A stretch of DNA of 63,951 nt, the filler included, from Cercozoa sp. M6MM (Eukaryota > Protista > Endomyxa: Ascetosporea), in NCBI GenBank assembly GCA_040357565.1. It is 10 parts of 10 records of this genome, joined end to end, with 100 filler letters (N's around TTAATTAATTAA, not from the genome) between each part and the next. Parts side by side here need not be neighbours in the genome. Positions count along the whole stretch, not along the records: positions 24,174 to 42,537 come from JBDODJ010000236.1; positions 42,638 to 50,723 come from JBDODJ010000570.1; positions 50,824 to 54,371 come from JBDODJ010001409.1; 7 more parts are not named here. One strand, given 5' to 3'. A program made the position numbers and the translations under genes. The notes beneath the pieces were generated by a model. That model was not told the DNA's origin, ran no database searches, and worked only from the letters and a program-made list of their open reading frames with translations. Below are positions 32,059 through 51,801 of the stretch, piece by piece; position 1 is the stretch's first letter; every line of letters begins with the position of its first letter.

Positions 32059-32392
32059 TTTCCGACGCTGTAAATCGGCTTCGAGTGTTGGACCCGAGTA
32101 GCCTTGATTTCTTTAATTTTGTGAGAATTTCCGAGAAACGCAGCCAGCGGTAAACTTCAGTGCTCCTCCAACTTCAATTCGTGTGCTTGCTCCGATGCCG
32201 TTCGTATTCAGGAAGCTTCGGTTTCTTGCAAAAGGAGTGAGGTACTACGTCACTGCAATGGTCTGGAGCATTTTGACTCCCAGGAAAGGTTCCATTTGTT
32301 TGAATCCGCGCTGAGCAGGACAAACTGGAGCCTTTTAAACCACGGAACCGGAAAACAAAAATTTGCCTTTCTTCGCTGACGTTAGCTTGGCC

Positions 32393-32470
32393 TTTTGCAC
32401 TCAGTGTGACTAAATTCCACGAAAATAGATAGAACCGTGACCAATTTTGCACTCGGTGTGACTAAATTCC
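32393..32470. repeat. 26-bp direct repeat upstream of the LRR receptor gene
   Basis: ttttgcactc(a/g)gtgtgactaaattcc at 32393-32418 and 32445-32470. Confidence 0.9.
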
Positions 32471-32532
32471 GCTTCCGTTCACCTTTCAGTATGATACTGT
32501 ACTTTCAACCACCATAAGTTTTAGCTAGTTTT

Positions 32533-32621
32533 TGTCATCGCATGCATCAAAATGTGACGCAATTTGACTTTCGCTCGCTTAGCTTAACACCGGCTAGCAC
32601 ATTTTGATGCATGCGATGACA
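32533..32621. repeat. perfect 24-bp inverted repeat with 41-bp spacer
   Basis: tgtcatcgcatgcatcaaaatgtg (32533-32556) and cacattttgatgcatgcgatgaca (32598-32621). Confidence 0.95.
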
Positions 32622-32695
32622 GAGGTAACTTGCGTACAGTGTATTGCGTTGATAGCGTGTCCGTGTACGTACAGTTTCCTTCCGGTCATCCGTGA

Positions 32696-33080
32696 TCATT
32701 CTTTCACGGAAACGCGAAATGCCGCGACCGCACCGACTGCAATACACTCTTAATAGTGTAGAGAAACAACCACACTCAAAGTGAGAGGCATACGCTGGTC
32801 GTCGACACCGAAAGACACGAGAGTCGTGACACTGCCATCGTCAGCATCGACGACATCGCCATCAGCGGCAGCAACAACGGCCAGACCAACAGCGAAGGAG
32901 AACTGTCCCAGTTCCTATTACGCAAGCAGTAAACTCGGTCACATTCAGATTAAAAAAGGAAGCGGGTGCGTACCCACTGCTCCACTGGCAACAAATCGAA
33001 CGGCAAAGCGTCGACACACTCGAATTCGTCATCATCGTTCCGCTCCAATAGCAGCATGGTGTGTATGTAGCACCTGTTTT

Positions 33081-33112
<32 letters not shown>

Positions 33113-34764
33113 CACACACGCACACACACACGCACACACACACGCACACACACACTCGCACACACCCACACACCGCCTTGTAAGCAACAGGTACAAGTCG
33201 GCATCTCCCTCGCCACAGCGAAAACGAGCGTGAACGACGGTGAGGAACGTCTTGGAATCCACTGGCACGATAGGCGTACTGCCACGCCAGTTGCCTGGCT
33301 TCAAACAACCTCGCTTTCCTAAACAGACAGAGAAAATCTGTGGTAGCATATCTGTAGTAGGGCAGTGTACCACTCGCTTGGTACAAATGCCGAATCGCCG
33401 AGGACGAAAGGAAGTCGCCATGTGTCGTCACGCGAGCAATCTATGGTGGGGGGAGGGGGGTAAGCATTAGTTGCGCAAAGAAAGTATTATCCGGTCACCT
33501 CGCCAGACATCATATCAGCCAACTGCAACTGGTCGCTGTGATTCTCGAGTACCGGGGCGAGGTTCTTGGCACACGTGCCAGGCGTATGCACGGTTCCTCC
33601 CTGTATAGGAGTAAAGGATACGCATAAATACAGCGCACAACGACCAAAAGTACACGTGCAGTGTCGATGCGCATGTTGGCGCTGACCGGTGCGAGGCGGG
33701 ACTGCCAGCAGTCGACCCGTTCGGCACCCAGTGCATAGACTTCTGCAGGAAGGAGGGGAGGGAGTGTGAACTCCGCCAATCAGTATTTTTGACATAGCTA
33801 CCTCGGTTGACAGAGACAAGACGCGCATCACGCATCTGCACATTGAAATAACCGCACAAGGTGCAGTACCTGCCATTGAGAAAGGTCACCTTGAGGGTGT
33901 TGCCTGCATGCTGTGGCGACACGCGCCACACGTTTTCTGGCAGTCGCAGAACACCAACGTCGCTGTCAGTCGATGAAAATAGACGGTGGAGCAACTCTTG
34001 CTTGTCCATGGCACCTGCGTTTACATTCGTGACATTGTGCCCCCATCATATTTCTAAAGAAGCGTGGGGTACCGAGGTACAGAAGAGAGCCCCAGGTTTC
34101 CATCGGCTTCTTCACTCGAAATGCAAACAACGCCTGCTCATACAACAGAACACACTGTACACGCACAAAGAAACCTCTAGAAAAGATACCTCATCCTCGG
34201 TGAGCAGGAGAGATGGATTGTGAATCTACACCACATGCGACGGCATAGCTTTCAAATAGAAAGGAATGAATAAAGCACACACCTTGGCAGGAAAGAACAA
34301 GGACAACAGTGAGCCCATGTGCGCTTTGGCAACTGCTTGCAATGAATCCGAAATGTCCACCTGTGCCACTCTGTGGAAATTCACTAACCTCGACACACAC
34401 ACAGATACAGACACGAGAAGAAGCCCTTCCGACAGATACCGAATGAGGGAAACATCGAGGCGTGCCTTCCTTCTGCTTTCGCCAATCGCATGAAACTCCT
34501 TCTACAAAATAAAAGTGAAGCAAACACGCGTGTACGCACAGCTAGACGTGTCAATACCGAGCGCTGCAGAAGACAGTGTGTCAAATAATCCCGTCGTCGG
34601 GTACCAGCAAACAGCACCGGCCACTGCCATCTGGGTTGATCACACGACATCGAAAATGGCATTCACTGTCTCGCGTGCATCGAATGCATTGAACATTCGT
34701 ACCTGACAAAGGCGCCCAACAGTACAAAAACGATGGCAGCGCCCAAAAATGAAGGTGACATCAT
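32696..34764 (-). CDS. type II membrane beta-propeller glyco-enzyme (GH130/beta-mannosyltransferase-like fold)
   Basis: N-terminal anchor FLGAAIVFVLLGAFV; motifs IHNPSL, RDARL, KNLAP, WRGSTPIV..FLTVVH, FSFAVGL, LVSFGVDD in the order typical of these propellers. Confidence 0.5.
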
Positions 34765-35172
34765 TTTTATACACTCTCTCCTTCGCGCCAAAGGCTGGGC
34801 CAGAGGCGCACGGAGCATTTTTGGGCAGAGAAATGTAGCTACACACGCACTCACCGGGTTTTACTGGGAACCTTACAATACAAAAAAATAAGATCGATCT
34901 TATTCAAAAAAAACGTCGACTTCACAGTTCATACTGTATACTTCCAGCTTCATAGACTGTAGACCGAACGTCACACGAAGGGCGACGTGGGTCCAGTTCC
35001 TTAAATCGCGTGAGCTAATTATAAAGCCAAGAGCGCATGACGGACTCAGGACGAGACGTAGACACAACGAAGCTTTATGTCAACGAACACAACCAACTAA
35101 ACGGTCAGTCGTCACCACCGACGACAGTAATGTCGCTGTCCGGCAGCTCATCCACTACACACAAGCAAAGGA

Positions 35173-35814
35173 TCAATCAAAAGGGCAAAGGAGGGCCAAT
35201 GCAGCGAATGTACTGGTGACATGACGCATGAGTCGCGTCGCCGGTGGCAGCGGCAAATCGTCCTGAGCGGTCTCACACAGCCAGTACGTGGCGCCCATGG
35301 CAAGCACGCTCGTCACGGCCAAGAAAGCGAACGAAAGCGGATCTTGCTGCTGCTGCTGCTGCTGCTGCTGCATGTCAGCACCGTCGCCCAGCGTCAGTGC
35401 CGCCACGATGACGCCGCCGAGCGTGCCTATAAAATGTACACACATACAGACATGTTAACCGCATACAGGTGCACAGTACATGACACATACCAGCCAGATA
35501 GAGTTGTCTCGGTCGCCACTCGCCCAGCAAGGGCACACGGGCGCCGCATCGACTGCGCGAGTCAAGCGCAAACTGTGGCACAACGCGTGTAACCCAGGGA
35601 AACATTAAAACACACATACAGACAGAGTCAGATACCTCTAGCAGCATAGCTAACAAGAGCACGAACAGCAGCAGCGTCGACAGCGCCGCGTGCGCCGACG
35701 GCAGCAGCGATTCGGCAACGTACCGCAGTGCCGACACCAAACACACCATGACCGGCCAACGCATCGAGAAGGCCGACTCTGGCACCTGCACAACGGGCGG
35801 GGTAAAGGCAACCA

Positions 35815-35876
<62 letters not shown>

Positions 35877-38588
35877 CACACGGTACCGAAGTGTCGTTGC
35901 GCAGACGACGGAAGTGCAGCGCCAGCAGACGGCCGAACACAGTGCCGCTGAGCAGCGTCATCGCCTCTGACACCGAAGTGGCACCCGATACCGTCGAACT
36001 GTGTGCCAAAGAGGGAGGTTCAAGCACTGGTAGTGGCGAAATCAAACGAAAGGAGCCAAGAGGACAATACGCAGCAACGGCAGCCAGAGGAAAGAAACGC
36101 GCCACTGAGTCGCGCGACATCACGGGCCGCGCCGTCAGCAGCAAGGCGTTGATGTCGCCGACACCGGTGCCTTCGCTGTGCGCGTCGTCATCGTGCATCG
36201 TGTGCATCTCGTTCTGCGCGGCCGGCGCCGTCAGATCGTTGTCCAGCTGCAGCGACGGCGCAGCGTACTGTACACCAACGTAGACGGCATACACAGTTAA
36301 AATGCACAAGCAGGCATTCACGCTACCTCAAACAGCAACTGCGACAGCGCAGCGGCACCCAAACGCAGCAGCTCCGTCGAAACGCCCAGACGCGTCTGCA
36401 GCGCCGCCGTCGCCGTTGGGTTTAAGTGTGAGGCAACAGCACCAACCTAGAAGTACACAGGCGATACAAAACAAAGAAAACACGGAAAGGAGAAACAGGG
36501 TGTACCAAAAGAGCTGCTGCAGACAGAGCGGCAGCATTTCGCGGAAGGTCTCGCAGTAAGAACACCTGCAACAAACACACTCCTCAATGCAAAAAGGCGT
36601 AGATTTTTCCATTGATAAAACGGTGAGATACGGGAGCCTTGTCTGACATGTCCTGCGCCTCGATGTCTTCGACATCTCCGTTGGAACCTTGGGTTTGCTG
36701 CTCCGGCGACGCCGTTTGCTGCTGCACGGATTGGCAAGTCTCAACGTTGCTGTGATCGGCGGCGTACGCACTCACATCATGCTGCGTGTATTTGCGCTGT
36801 CTTTCATCCTCATTGTCACTTGCGAGCATGCTTTGACTCATCGTAACGTCGAACTGGGAAGTAAACAACGCAGAAAAAATACGGGCGGAGGGGGTTAAAA
36901 CTACAAGAGGGAGTACCGGTAACTGACGGTGACGAGGACGCAAACGAACGGCGTTCGGCGAAGCCTAAAGGAAAGCACAGAGGTCCAGACCGCAAGTGCC
37001 GCAAGTGACATGAGATTATTGGGACAAAACACACCAAGCGCATGCGCAAACGACGGCGTGTGTCGTTCGGACTGAAATCTCGTGCGTCAATGTCGGCCAC
37101 TGCCGGTAGTATGAAGGAATAGAGGGAGATATAGGGGGTATAGAGGGGTATAGAGGTGGGTATTCGGTCAAAAGATGGGTGTACCCGCAGCACGTGGCGA
37201 CTTCTGCAGCAACGGCTCAGCGCGGAGCTGCGGCGACAGGTTGCCGCGGATGCCCTCTCCGCTGCCACTGCCACTGTCATCGCGATCGGCGACTTGGACC
37301 GGCTGAAAGTGTCGCTTGGGCGTGTCGAGTTCAAGCATAGAGGGCGGAATGACGATGGGAGGCTCCTCTCGCTGCTGCTGCTGTTGTTGTTGGGCAGCAA
37401 CTTGAGTATGTTCTTCTTCCTCGTCCTCCATGGGCACAACAGGCTGCGCCACCGGCTTGGCATCCGGCGACGAGAGCGTCTTTCGGCGCTTCGGTGTCGG
37501 TTCACGCGGCCTGCGACCCTGCACAAAAAAAAAAAATTAGTCGATACGACCGACCAGTTAAAAGTTCCAGACACAACAGATACACAGACACACAGACACA
37601 CAGACACACAGACACAGACACAGACACAGACACAGACACAGACACGCACACACAGACTCACAGGCAGACAGACACAGACAGATACCTCGTCTTCATAATC
37701 AGGATCGCTCTCGATGTTGGCCGAAGGAGTTGACCTCTTTTCGCCGACCTTCTCTGCCGTCTCTGCTGGTTCGACGGGTTCCTCTGCTAGTTCGACTTGT
37801 TCAACAGGCTGCTCCGTCGTCACTGTTGGTTCGGCAGCTGGCTGGACCGGGTCACCGGCAGTGTTCTCCTCGTCCTGCATCTTGGCCGGCTCGGCCGACC
37901 CGAGCTCGGTCGACTCGGAGGCATGAGTGGTCGTTTCGGCGCTGCTGCTTTCGGTCGAGTCGCCGCTCGCTTCAGTGGTCCGCGCGGAGGATGTTACGGC
38001 GATCTCGACCGGTACAGCTCCCTCGGCCGCAGCTGTTTCGTCTTTGCTGGCACTGGCATCTTGGTTCTGCCCTTGCTTCTTCTTCTTGTTCTTCTGTCGC
38101 TTCTTCTTAGCGCGCTTCTTGGCAGCCTTCTTTGCAGTTTTCGCCTTCTTTGCGGCCGGCTCCTCCTCATCATGCGGCTTCTGCTTCGCCAGCTCGGTCT
38201 GCGCGTCCTGCGTTTCGTCGCTTTCGTCAGCGTTGGCGCGACGACCACGCTTGCGTGCCGAACGGCCGCGCTTCGCTCCTGCCTGCGTGCTGCTGCTCTG
38301 GGTTTCGTCGTCTTTCAACTCTTTTTTCTGTTGCTCCTTCTTGCTGGCCGAGCGCAGGACACGCGTGGTGGTCTCGCCGCCCGATTTCGCCGATTTCGTC
38401 CGCGATTTCGTCGATTTCGCGGCAGATGGCGTTGCCGACTGCTCCTGTTGCGTGCGCGACAACGAGCGGTTTAGCAGACGGGCCGAGCGACGCCGCTTGA
38501 CTATTCCGGCGCTTTCTTCGCTCGCATCGCTGCTGGTGCGACGAGGCGTCCCAGCGCCATCTGACGGCTTGGCGCCCCTCTGCGACAT
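35173..38588 (-). CDS. hypothetical protein: long basic/acidic disordered N-terminus plus C-terminal transmembrane helices (3' end approximate)
   Basis: First exon MSQRGAKPSD...KRGRSARKRGRR...KKAAKKRAKKKRQK; exons splice through 37100-36600 into hydrophobic segments (WPVMVCLVSAL, LSTLLLFVLLLAML, LSFAFLAVTSVLAMG). Confidence 0.55.
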
Positions 38589-38823
38589 CTTGGCTCGTGC
38601 TGACTCCCTGCTGTCCCTCACGCGTGCCAACGCTGTCAGCACTCTGCTCGCGCCTGCACTAAGCACCCACTTGGCGTTTCAGAGAAAATCCAGAGACGCC
38701 AAAAATAATTCAACCCCAAACATTTTCTTCTTAAGGGCGCGCCGTTGGCCGCAGTGTTGCCGTCACTGCGATCTGGCGTGTGCTCTTGCCACACGTGGCC
38801 ACTCCTGCGGACGAAAAGTGAGA

Positions 38824-41953
<3,130 letters not shown>

Positions 41954-42637
41954 ATAGGTTGCGTTGCGTCCCCGACGAGGCTATCGCATTAATAATGGGG
42001 TTCTGGGGCGTTGAAGCCCACTTTTAAATACGCGTGCTAACTATCATCAGTGCATGAGCATATAAGATTAGTGCATAACTGAGTGGGTGGAAGTTCCGCT
42101 AACCCCGTAAACTCGAAGAAATCGGCTTCACAAAATCGGGCAATTGAGCGCCGACCCACGAAATATAAAACGACTGTCCGCGTCTTTTTCGTATGTTAGC
42201 ACGAGCATATTTGTTATTTTGCAAGTGTAGAGTGTAAGCACACGACTGAACACGATAAAAACCATGCCTGGCGTTCTGTCGAAACTGGTGACAATCAAAA
42301 CGGAGATTGAGTTCATTGAGACGTACTGCTCTGATAAGGCGTCCTTGCTGCCCGATGTAGTGGATTTTTTCTCTTGTGGAGGCCGCCCGGTGTGCCCGAA
42401 ACACCGTACGAAGTACAACAAGAAGGCAAAGCGCTGCACAAACAGGACCTGTAAGAGCTCCTGACCCGCGAAGACGCACTACAACAGCACGAGAACACTG
42501 CAGAAGTGGCAGATCAAGTTGACCCGGACTACGAGAGNNNNNNNNNNNNNNNNNNNNNNNNNNNNNNNNNNNNNNNNNNNNTTAATTAATTAANNNNNNN
42601 NNNNNNNNNNNNNNNNNNNNNNNNNNNNNNNNNNNNN

Positions 42638-43254
42638 TGATGCGTTTCCACAGTCCCATCAGCACCGGGTTATTCGCAATGCCTGCATAATTTCGCGAAA
42701 TTTTCTGTTTTTTTCGCGTCCGCGCGGACACGGAAAAATTCAAAAAAAACCAGAAAAACAAGAAGAAAGTGCGCGCACGTGTTTGGGCGGCATCGGTGAG
42801 TCGTAGGTCGCCGAGCAGCGCGCAGGAGTGCTGCTCGACGAGGAACTGCGCCAGCGCGGCGTGGCCGCCCAAAAACGCGTAGCCCAGCGGCGTCACCGAC
42901 GACGGGTCGTCCATGTCCTGTCCAAACGGACCGTGTTTCGTCCAAACAGACCAATCATGAACAGACTGTGTTTTTCTGGTACCGTTGGCGCCTCCACCGG
43001 CGCGTCAAACTCGCGCTGCAGCATTCTTTGGGAGAAACGTTTTTTTTGTTAAGGGTGTGACGACACAACAAAACAACACACTGTCACACAGGTCACTGCT
43101 ACCTCACTGTGTCGACTGAACCGCCCTGAGCCGCCGCTTTCAGTAGCGTGCGCAGCACTGGTTCCGGCACCGTCGTCCGCGCGGAGCACATGGCGTTTCG
43201 CAACGCGTCGGCATTGCCGCTGCGGGCCAAACCGACCCACTGCAAAACCTCCAT
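42638..43254 (-). CDS. ankyrin-repeat protein, 5' part
   Basis: TLLKAAAQGGSVDTV and VTPLGYAFLGGHAALAQFLVEQ are ankyrin-like repeats. Confidence 0.65.
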
Positions 43255-43407
43255 CTCGCGCGTTTTCCACCCGCTGATACTTCACAAATTAATAGCACAC
43301 GCGTGTGCGCTCTTGGGATGCTCTAAGCCGGTGCAGTTTAGGCTACGGGGCGTTTTTGTTTTGTGTGCGGTGCTGGATTGCCAAGCACAAACAGCATCCA
43401 GACCTGC

Positions 43408-46511
<3,104 letters not shown>

Positions 46512-46759
46512 ACTTCTGACTGTGAGCTTGACTGAATCCAGTCAAGCCACACCGTGTCGTGTGTCTTTGATTCATCTGGCTAGTTGCAACACTAGAGTTG
46601 GAGTGCACGTGTGTGTCGGTCGGGTACCATACATTGCGTTGGCCGCCAATGAAATTAAAATCAAATAGAACTCGACTGAACCTATGTACTCGACTGCACA
46701 CTGGACGAAAACCGCAGAGACCAACATACCGGTCACAGTTATCTGCCGTGCCAGTGCGC

Positions 46760-48619
46760 TTAGTCAAGCAAGGCACCGATGCCGTCGCGCAGAAGAACAG
46801 CACCAAGTTGTTGCCGCATGAAAACACTAAAGCAAGACAAACAGGACAGGTGTTAACAGAAGTCAAACATCACTGTTGCAGACACAAGAGAAAGCAAACA
46901 CACGAGTGCGTGGGCGTCTTGGCGTTCTCGAGTTGCCACATTCGCAGGTGCCGGTCGAGTCCGACGCTGGCGACACACACCTGTCTCACATACATGCGGA
47001 ACTGGACAACTAGAAAACAACCGAGAGAGCACAGGATCACCTCGTCACTGTCGAGAGTGAGGCATTGCGAGGCACCAGCGCTGCCTTTATACGTGGCCAC
47101 CACCTGCTCAGCAACACAGAGAATATCAAGCACTTTGATTGAATTACTCAATACAGGGACCTTGTACCTTGGCATTCTGACGCAGGTCAACCTTGTGAAT
47201 CAAGCGACGGTTGTCGGCGACAAAGGCGAAATGGGCCTCCTTGTCGGCGACCACACTGCAAAAAAAAAACTAATAATGACACCAATTAACCCAAAATAAC
47301 TGTCGACACTGTCATACCGAGTCAGCGCGTGCTCCATGCGCTTGGGCGACCGCTGCACCGGCCGTTTCTGCTGTCGCACGTCGTACAGACGCACCTCACC
47401 GGTGCGTGTCACCTCGACCACCTTATCGGTGCCTTGACCGGCAAAGCAGATGTCAGCAGGCGCAATCTTTTGCCTCAGGTCTGTGTATCCAAACAGACAC
47501 TCAGACACACAACAGACAGAGTAGTAACTAAGTGTACACACCCAACTCGTCGTTGCGAACGTTCTTGGCGCGCCAGGTTTCGCCACTTCGTTTCTTCTGC
47601 CCAATGACATTACAGAGTAAGGCAGGAACGGGGGAGGCACCAGGTAGAGTAAGACACCTTGCTGGCAGCCTGGTCGAGTCGCGTGGCGTCGTACACGGTG
47701 AGGATGTTCTCAGTGCCGGCCAGAGCGATGGCGTCGTGTCTCGTGGCGACGCAGGTCACCTGGACTCAACACGTACCAATATTGTACTATATACATATGT
47801 AAACATATAGAAATATACAAATATGTATATATATATATATATATATGGTCTACAAGCGAGTACCGAGGCACCAAAGGTGAGCGCAGGCGCCTCGTGCAGC
47901 ACCTGCCACACACTATCGACGGCATCAGCACTTCGCATTGCGTCCAGGTCGGCCTTGAGCACCGACAAGGCACCGTCGTTGGAAGAGGCAACAATGCGAA
48001 GATTGGACAGGGCAGAGACACCTGCAACAACCTAGAAGGGAGTCTTGTTGAGCTGACACAACTGGAGGTACCATCATGCGTCCAGTCAAAGTCGGCCAGC
48101 GGCTGTATTATACACAGTTTGAAGAAATAAAGAATCAAAGGTATAAGGTGATACGTTCTTGGCCTCCTTGGCGAACACACGCTGCTCGGCGCCCGGAACG
48201 ACGTTCTCGCGGTCCAAATCGACCGCGTCGATGCGGCCTGTGTCACGTACAGGAGTACAAGACAACCCCAGGTGTCAGTACCCAGGAGTCAGTACCATCA
48301 CGTCTCGCGACAACGACAATGTCCGTCTCAAGATCCTCTTCGGCTACGAAAGAAGTTTGTATGTTTGCCCAACGTAAGTTTTCCCGGGGCAGGAAAAAAG
48401 CAGGCCCAACTGACCAGAGGCCGAGTTGAGGAAGCACATGGCCGTCACGCCATTTTCGCGTCGTTGCTCGCACGCCACTGTCGCCACAATCTACACGGCG
48501 TTGTCATAAAGCCCTCACCCCCCAAAAACAACAACCACAAACAACAACGGGGGTACCTTCTGGTCATCGCAGTCGTACACTTTGACCAGACCGGTCAGGT
48601 CGCCACAAATTGCCTGCAT
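46760..48619 (-). CDS. WDR74: ribosome biogenesis WD40 protein WDR74/NSA1
   Basis: CGDLTGLVKV, WRAKNVRNDELDLR, TGEVRLYDVRQQKRPV, YKGSAGA, VASVGLDRHLRMW, VFMRQQLGAVLL. Confidence 0.9.
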
Positions 48620-50875
48620 CGCGACCTCAGAACTAGAGTGCGTTGAGGTGGCAGAACAAGTGGTCTAATCTATCGCAAGTAGCGACACGAACGGAAACAC
48701 ACCACGGATGACCAATTGTTACACATTTATTTATGGAATCAGTACGAGCCGATTGAGCCTGAAATATGTAAAGTGCTTTAGACACAATATGAGATAGTGC
48801 TGCTGCTTGAAACCAACATGCACATACCATAGAACCAAGCGTATTTGCTGTTAAGCGTCTCAAGATATTGTGTGTATGGCTTCAAGAGCATGATCGGATG
48901 CGTCTGTGTTCCTGCTATGCGCGCAGTTTAATGCGCATAGGCGAGACTGAGGCGTACAGGTACCTCAGCAGAACAGAGACCATTCAGACCAAAGTGGCTG
49001 ACACTCATTCGACGTTTCTTTAAACTTAAGCTTATTTAACTAAATTTAACTTAAACTTATTTGAAATTTAAATCGCTCTTCTGGCTCGGCTGTTCTTGCT
49101 AGCAGCGCATCTGCGTCTTCGCAGCAGTGCTTTGAGCTTACTACCGTGTGAGTACGAAGGTGCAACACAATCAAAATGCTGTATTAACGTAAACTACAGG
49201 TCTATATTTAGTAGCAGATGTCGATGTATAAACATCAGATCAGTGTTGTGCAGTATACAGCCTACTAATTAACAGATACATGAAGGTTTGATACATTTAC
49301 TGTAGACGACAGCAGCGAAGGCACTGAGGACCTGTGCCTCAGTTTGCAGTCCGAAACAAAGCCGAAACTGTCGGCACGCCTCCTGGTGATGCAGGATATC
49401 CTGCCTCTGAAAAGCAACGTCCGCAGCGATACTCGTACCTCTGTGCCCACGGTAGTTGGTCCAACTGAAGGGCCGAACAAGGACACCGAGGCTCTCAGTA
49501 AATGTACGAAGCTTGAGTCTGCATGTTTGCCACTGAGTCGACCCAGTTTCGGCTTGGTACGTCTGAGAACAGTCTGAGTGAAAAGAACTCACTGAGTTAA
49601 ACTATGTGTGTTGTCAGAACATGCCGATGCGACAGCAGCATTGTTTGCCTCAGCAGCGCAACGCAATGTCGCCTCGCCGGCCACTGCGACAGTTCTTTCG
49701 CGTACTCTGTTTTTCCGACTTGGACTGCTAGTTCAGTTGTTGCACCTTGATAACTGGTACTGCCACCCTGACTGCCTGGCAGAGGGAGACACGAACTGAA
49801 CTGGTCGAGAAACTAGCGCACAAGGTGCGCACACATGACTTGCTGCACGTGCGTAGAGAGGTACCACTCAGTAATAGCACCCCCAGTAGGTCAGTTCAGT
49901 TATGATGCTGGTGACAGGCGGAAGCATTCGTCGGTATTGCAGTCAACGGCTCTTCGTTGGTGTAAAAGGCGCGGCAGCAGCTCTCGCGAAGCAGAGAGGG
50001 AACCGAGCAAAACTTAAATAATTCACACTCAACTGCCAAATTACCACTGAACGTGTCGCAACCACGTACCAGAAAGAGACGCGTTAAACAATAAAACAAT
50101 AGGCACCTGAAGTCCGTCGAATACGGCGCTTGCTGATGCTACAAGAGCACTGGTGCACCTCTGCGCTCAGTAATAACGCGGCGAGTTTTCTCAATAGGTT
50201 GATGAGAAGCTAGAGCGGAGTGAGCCTGAGTTTTTCCAAGTATCTTGAGTGATTTGTTTTGCTGGACCTGACTTCCTAACATGGGTCAAGCTTCTACAGC
50301 TCATGCACTTGACTGCAGCTTTTGGGCTGTTTTTTTCCAATTGCCATCAACAAGCCTTCGGCTTTTCGACGACCTTTTCTACAAGCGAAGGGTGTGTCTT
50401 CTGATCCCCGCATCGATTCTAACTGACGTTTTACTTCCTTTATTTACGTTAGTCGTCTTCAATACCGTAGTTACTGGTTTCCATACCGTACCGTAACAAA
50501 AGGAAACCGAAACGAGACGGACATTCAAATTCGGCAGTTCAGTTCAGTTGACTTCAGTCGAGTTGCAGTTTTTGCTTGCTTCCACAGTCAGGCAGCCACG
50601 TACACAGCTGCCTCCTGCGGGAGGGAGGGGGGGTAAGGGGGAGAGGGGGGTAATAGGGGCGTGTGCTACCTCATCCGACTCGTTGTTGCAGGCACGTACC
50701 ACAATGTCACGCTCCTACCAGAGNNNNNNNNNNNNNNNNNNNNNNNNNNNNNNNNNNNNNNNNNNNNTTAATTAATTAANNNNNNNNNNNNNNNNNNNNN
50801 NNNNNNNNNNNNNNNNNNNNNNNGGGGGGGGGGGGGGGGGGGGGTAAACTGCTTAGGTACAAGGGGGGGTAAGAT

Positions 50876-51436
50876 ACGCGCGATGTGTGGTCCGAGCGAA
50901 TACGAACGTCGTCGAGTTTGCGCAGCGAGCGCGAGCCCGTCCAAACTTCGTCGATGCAGAGCGACGGCGTCACACTCACGGCCTCCATCACGTCTTTGAA
51001 TTCGCTCTGGGGGGGGGGGGGGGTAAACAGGGGGTAAACAGGGGTAAACAGGGGGGTAAACAGGGGGGTAAACAGAGGGGTAAACAGTGAGGCAAAGGGA
51101 AGGGAACTACCACAAAAGCATCGGGCGCACACTCCAGCAGAAACTCGCGAAGAGAGGAGACATAGCGCACTGTGGCCTTCTGTCCCTCGACTGTGTCATC
51201 CAACTGAGTCACTTTCTGCCTGGACTGATCATGACCTACAAGGACAACACGCAGCTGTGAATTCAGTCAGTCAAACACGGGTCATATGAACTGACTGTTA
51301 GTTCACCTTCGTCCAGAGTCAGGTCACTCAGAACATCCTCGCGCGCGGATAAAACTACATACACGGCCAGCAGGCACACCACGGCCAGCATGAACCCCAG
51401 CGGGCCAAGCTGCCTTCCGCGCGGAGACGACAGCAT
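50876..51436 (-). CDS. type II membrane hypothetical protein, 5' part
   Basis: MLSSPRGRQLGPLGFMLAVVCLLAVYVVLS anchor followed by spliced exons up to the contig end. Confidence 0.5.
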
Positions 51437-51801
51437 TGATCGACAGCCCAGACAGTGGCTGGCACCACAAGGAGTCGTTTCAACTGTAGCGCTCGCGCGA
51501 TCAGTCCAAAATCGCGGTGCCTTTAAAAAAATCGCGGTGACACAGCAGTCACAGTGTGCTCTTCTGTGGCGAAACGGTATAAAGACGCCCACGACACGCC
51601 GCAGCGCTCGGACAACTTTTTTAATTTATCGGGTTTTCTCATACCGGGTTCCTGCTATTTTTTTTTTTTTGGTGCGAAACTAATGTAACAGGACTGTAAG
51701 TGCTGAAATTGTTGCTGTCGACATCAAACAACCAACTTGGCTGACTACTTGCTCCGCGTGGAAGCAACTATCAGTATCGATACGCACCGGCGCGAGGCGC
51801 C

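Noticed and set aside
42264-42537. Possible in-frame TGA readthrough ORF at a contig end
   Set aside because: No recognisable protein; conserved genes here use TGG for Trp and TAA, TAG and TGA as stops, so no code change is supported
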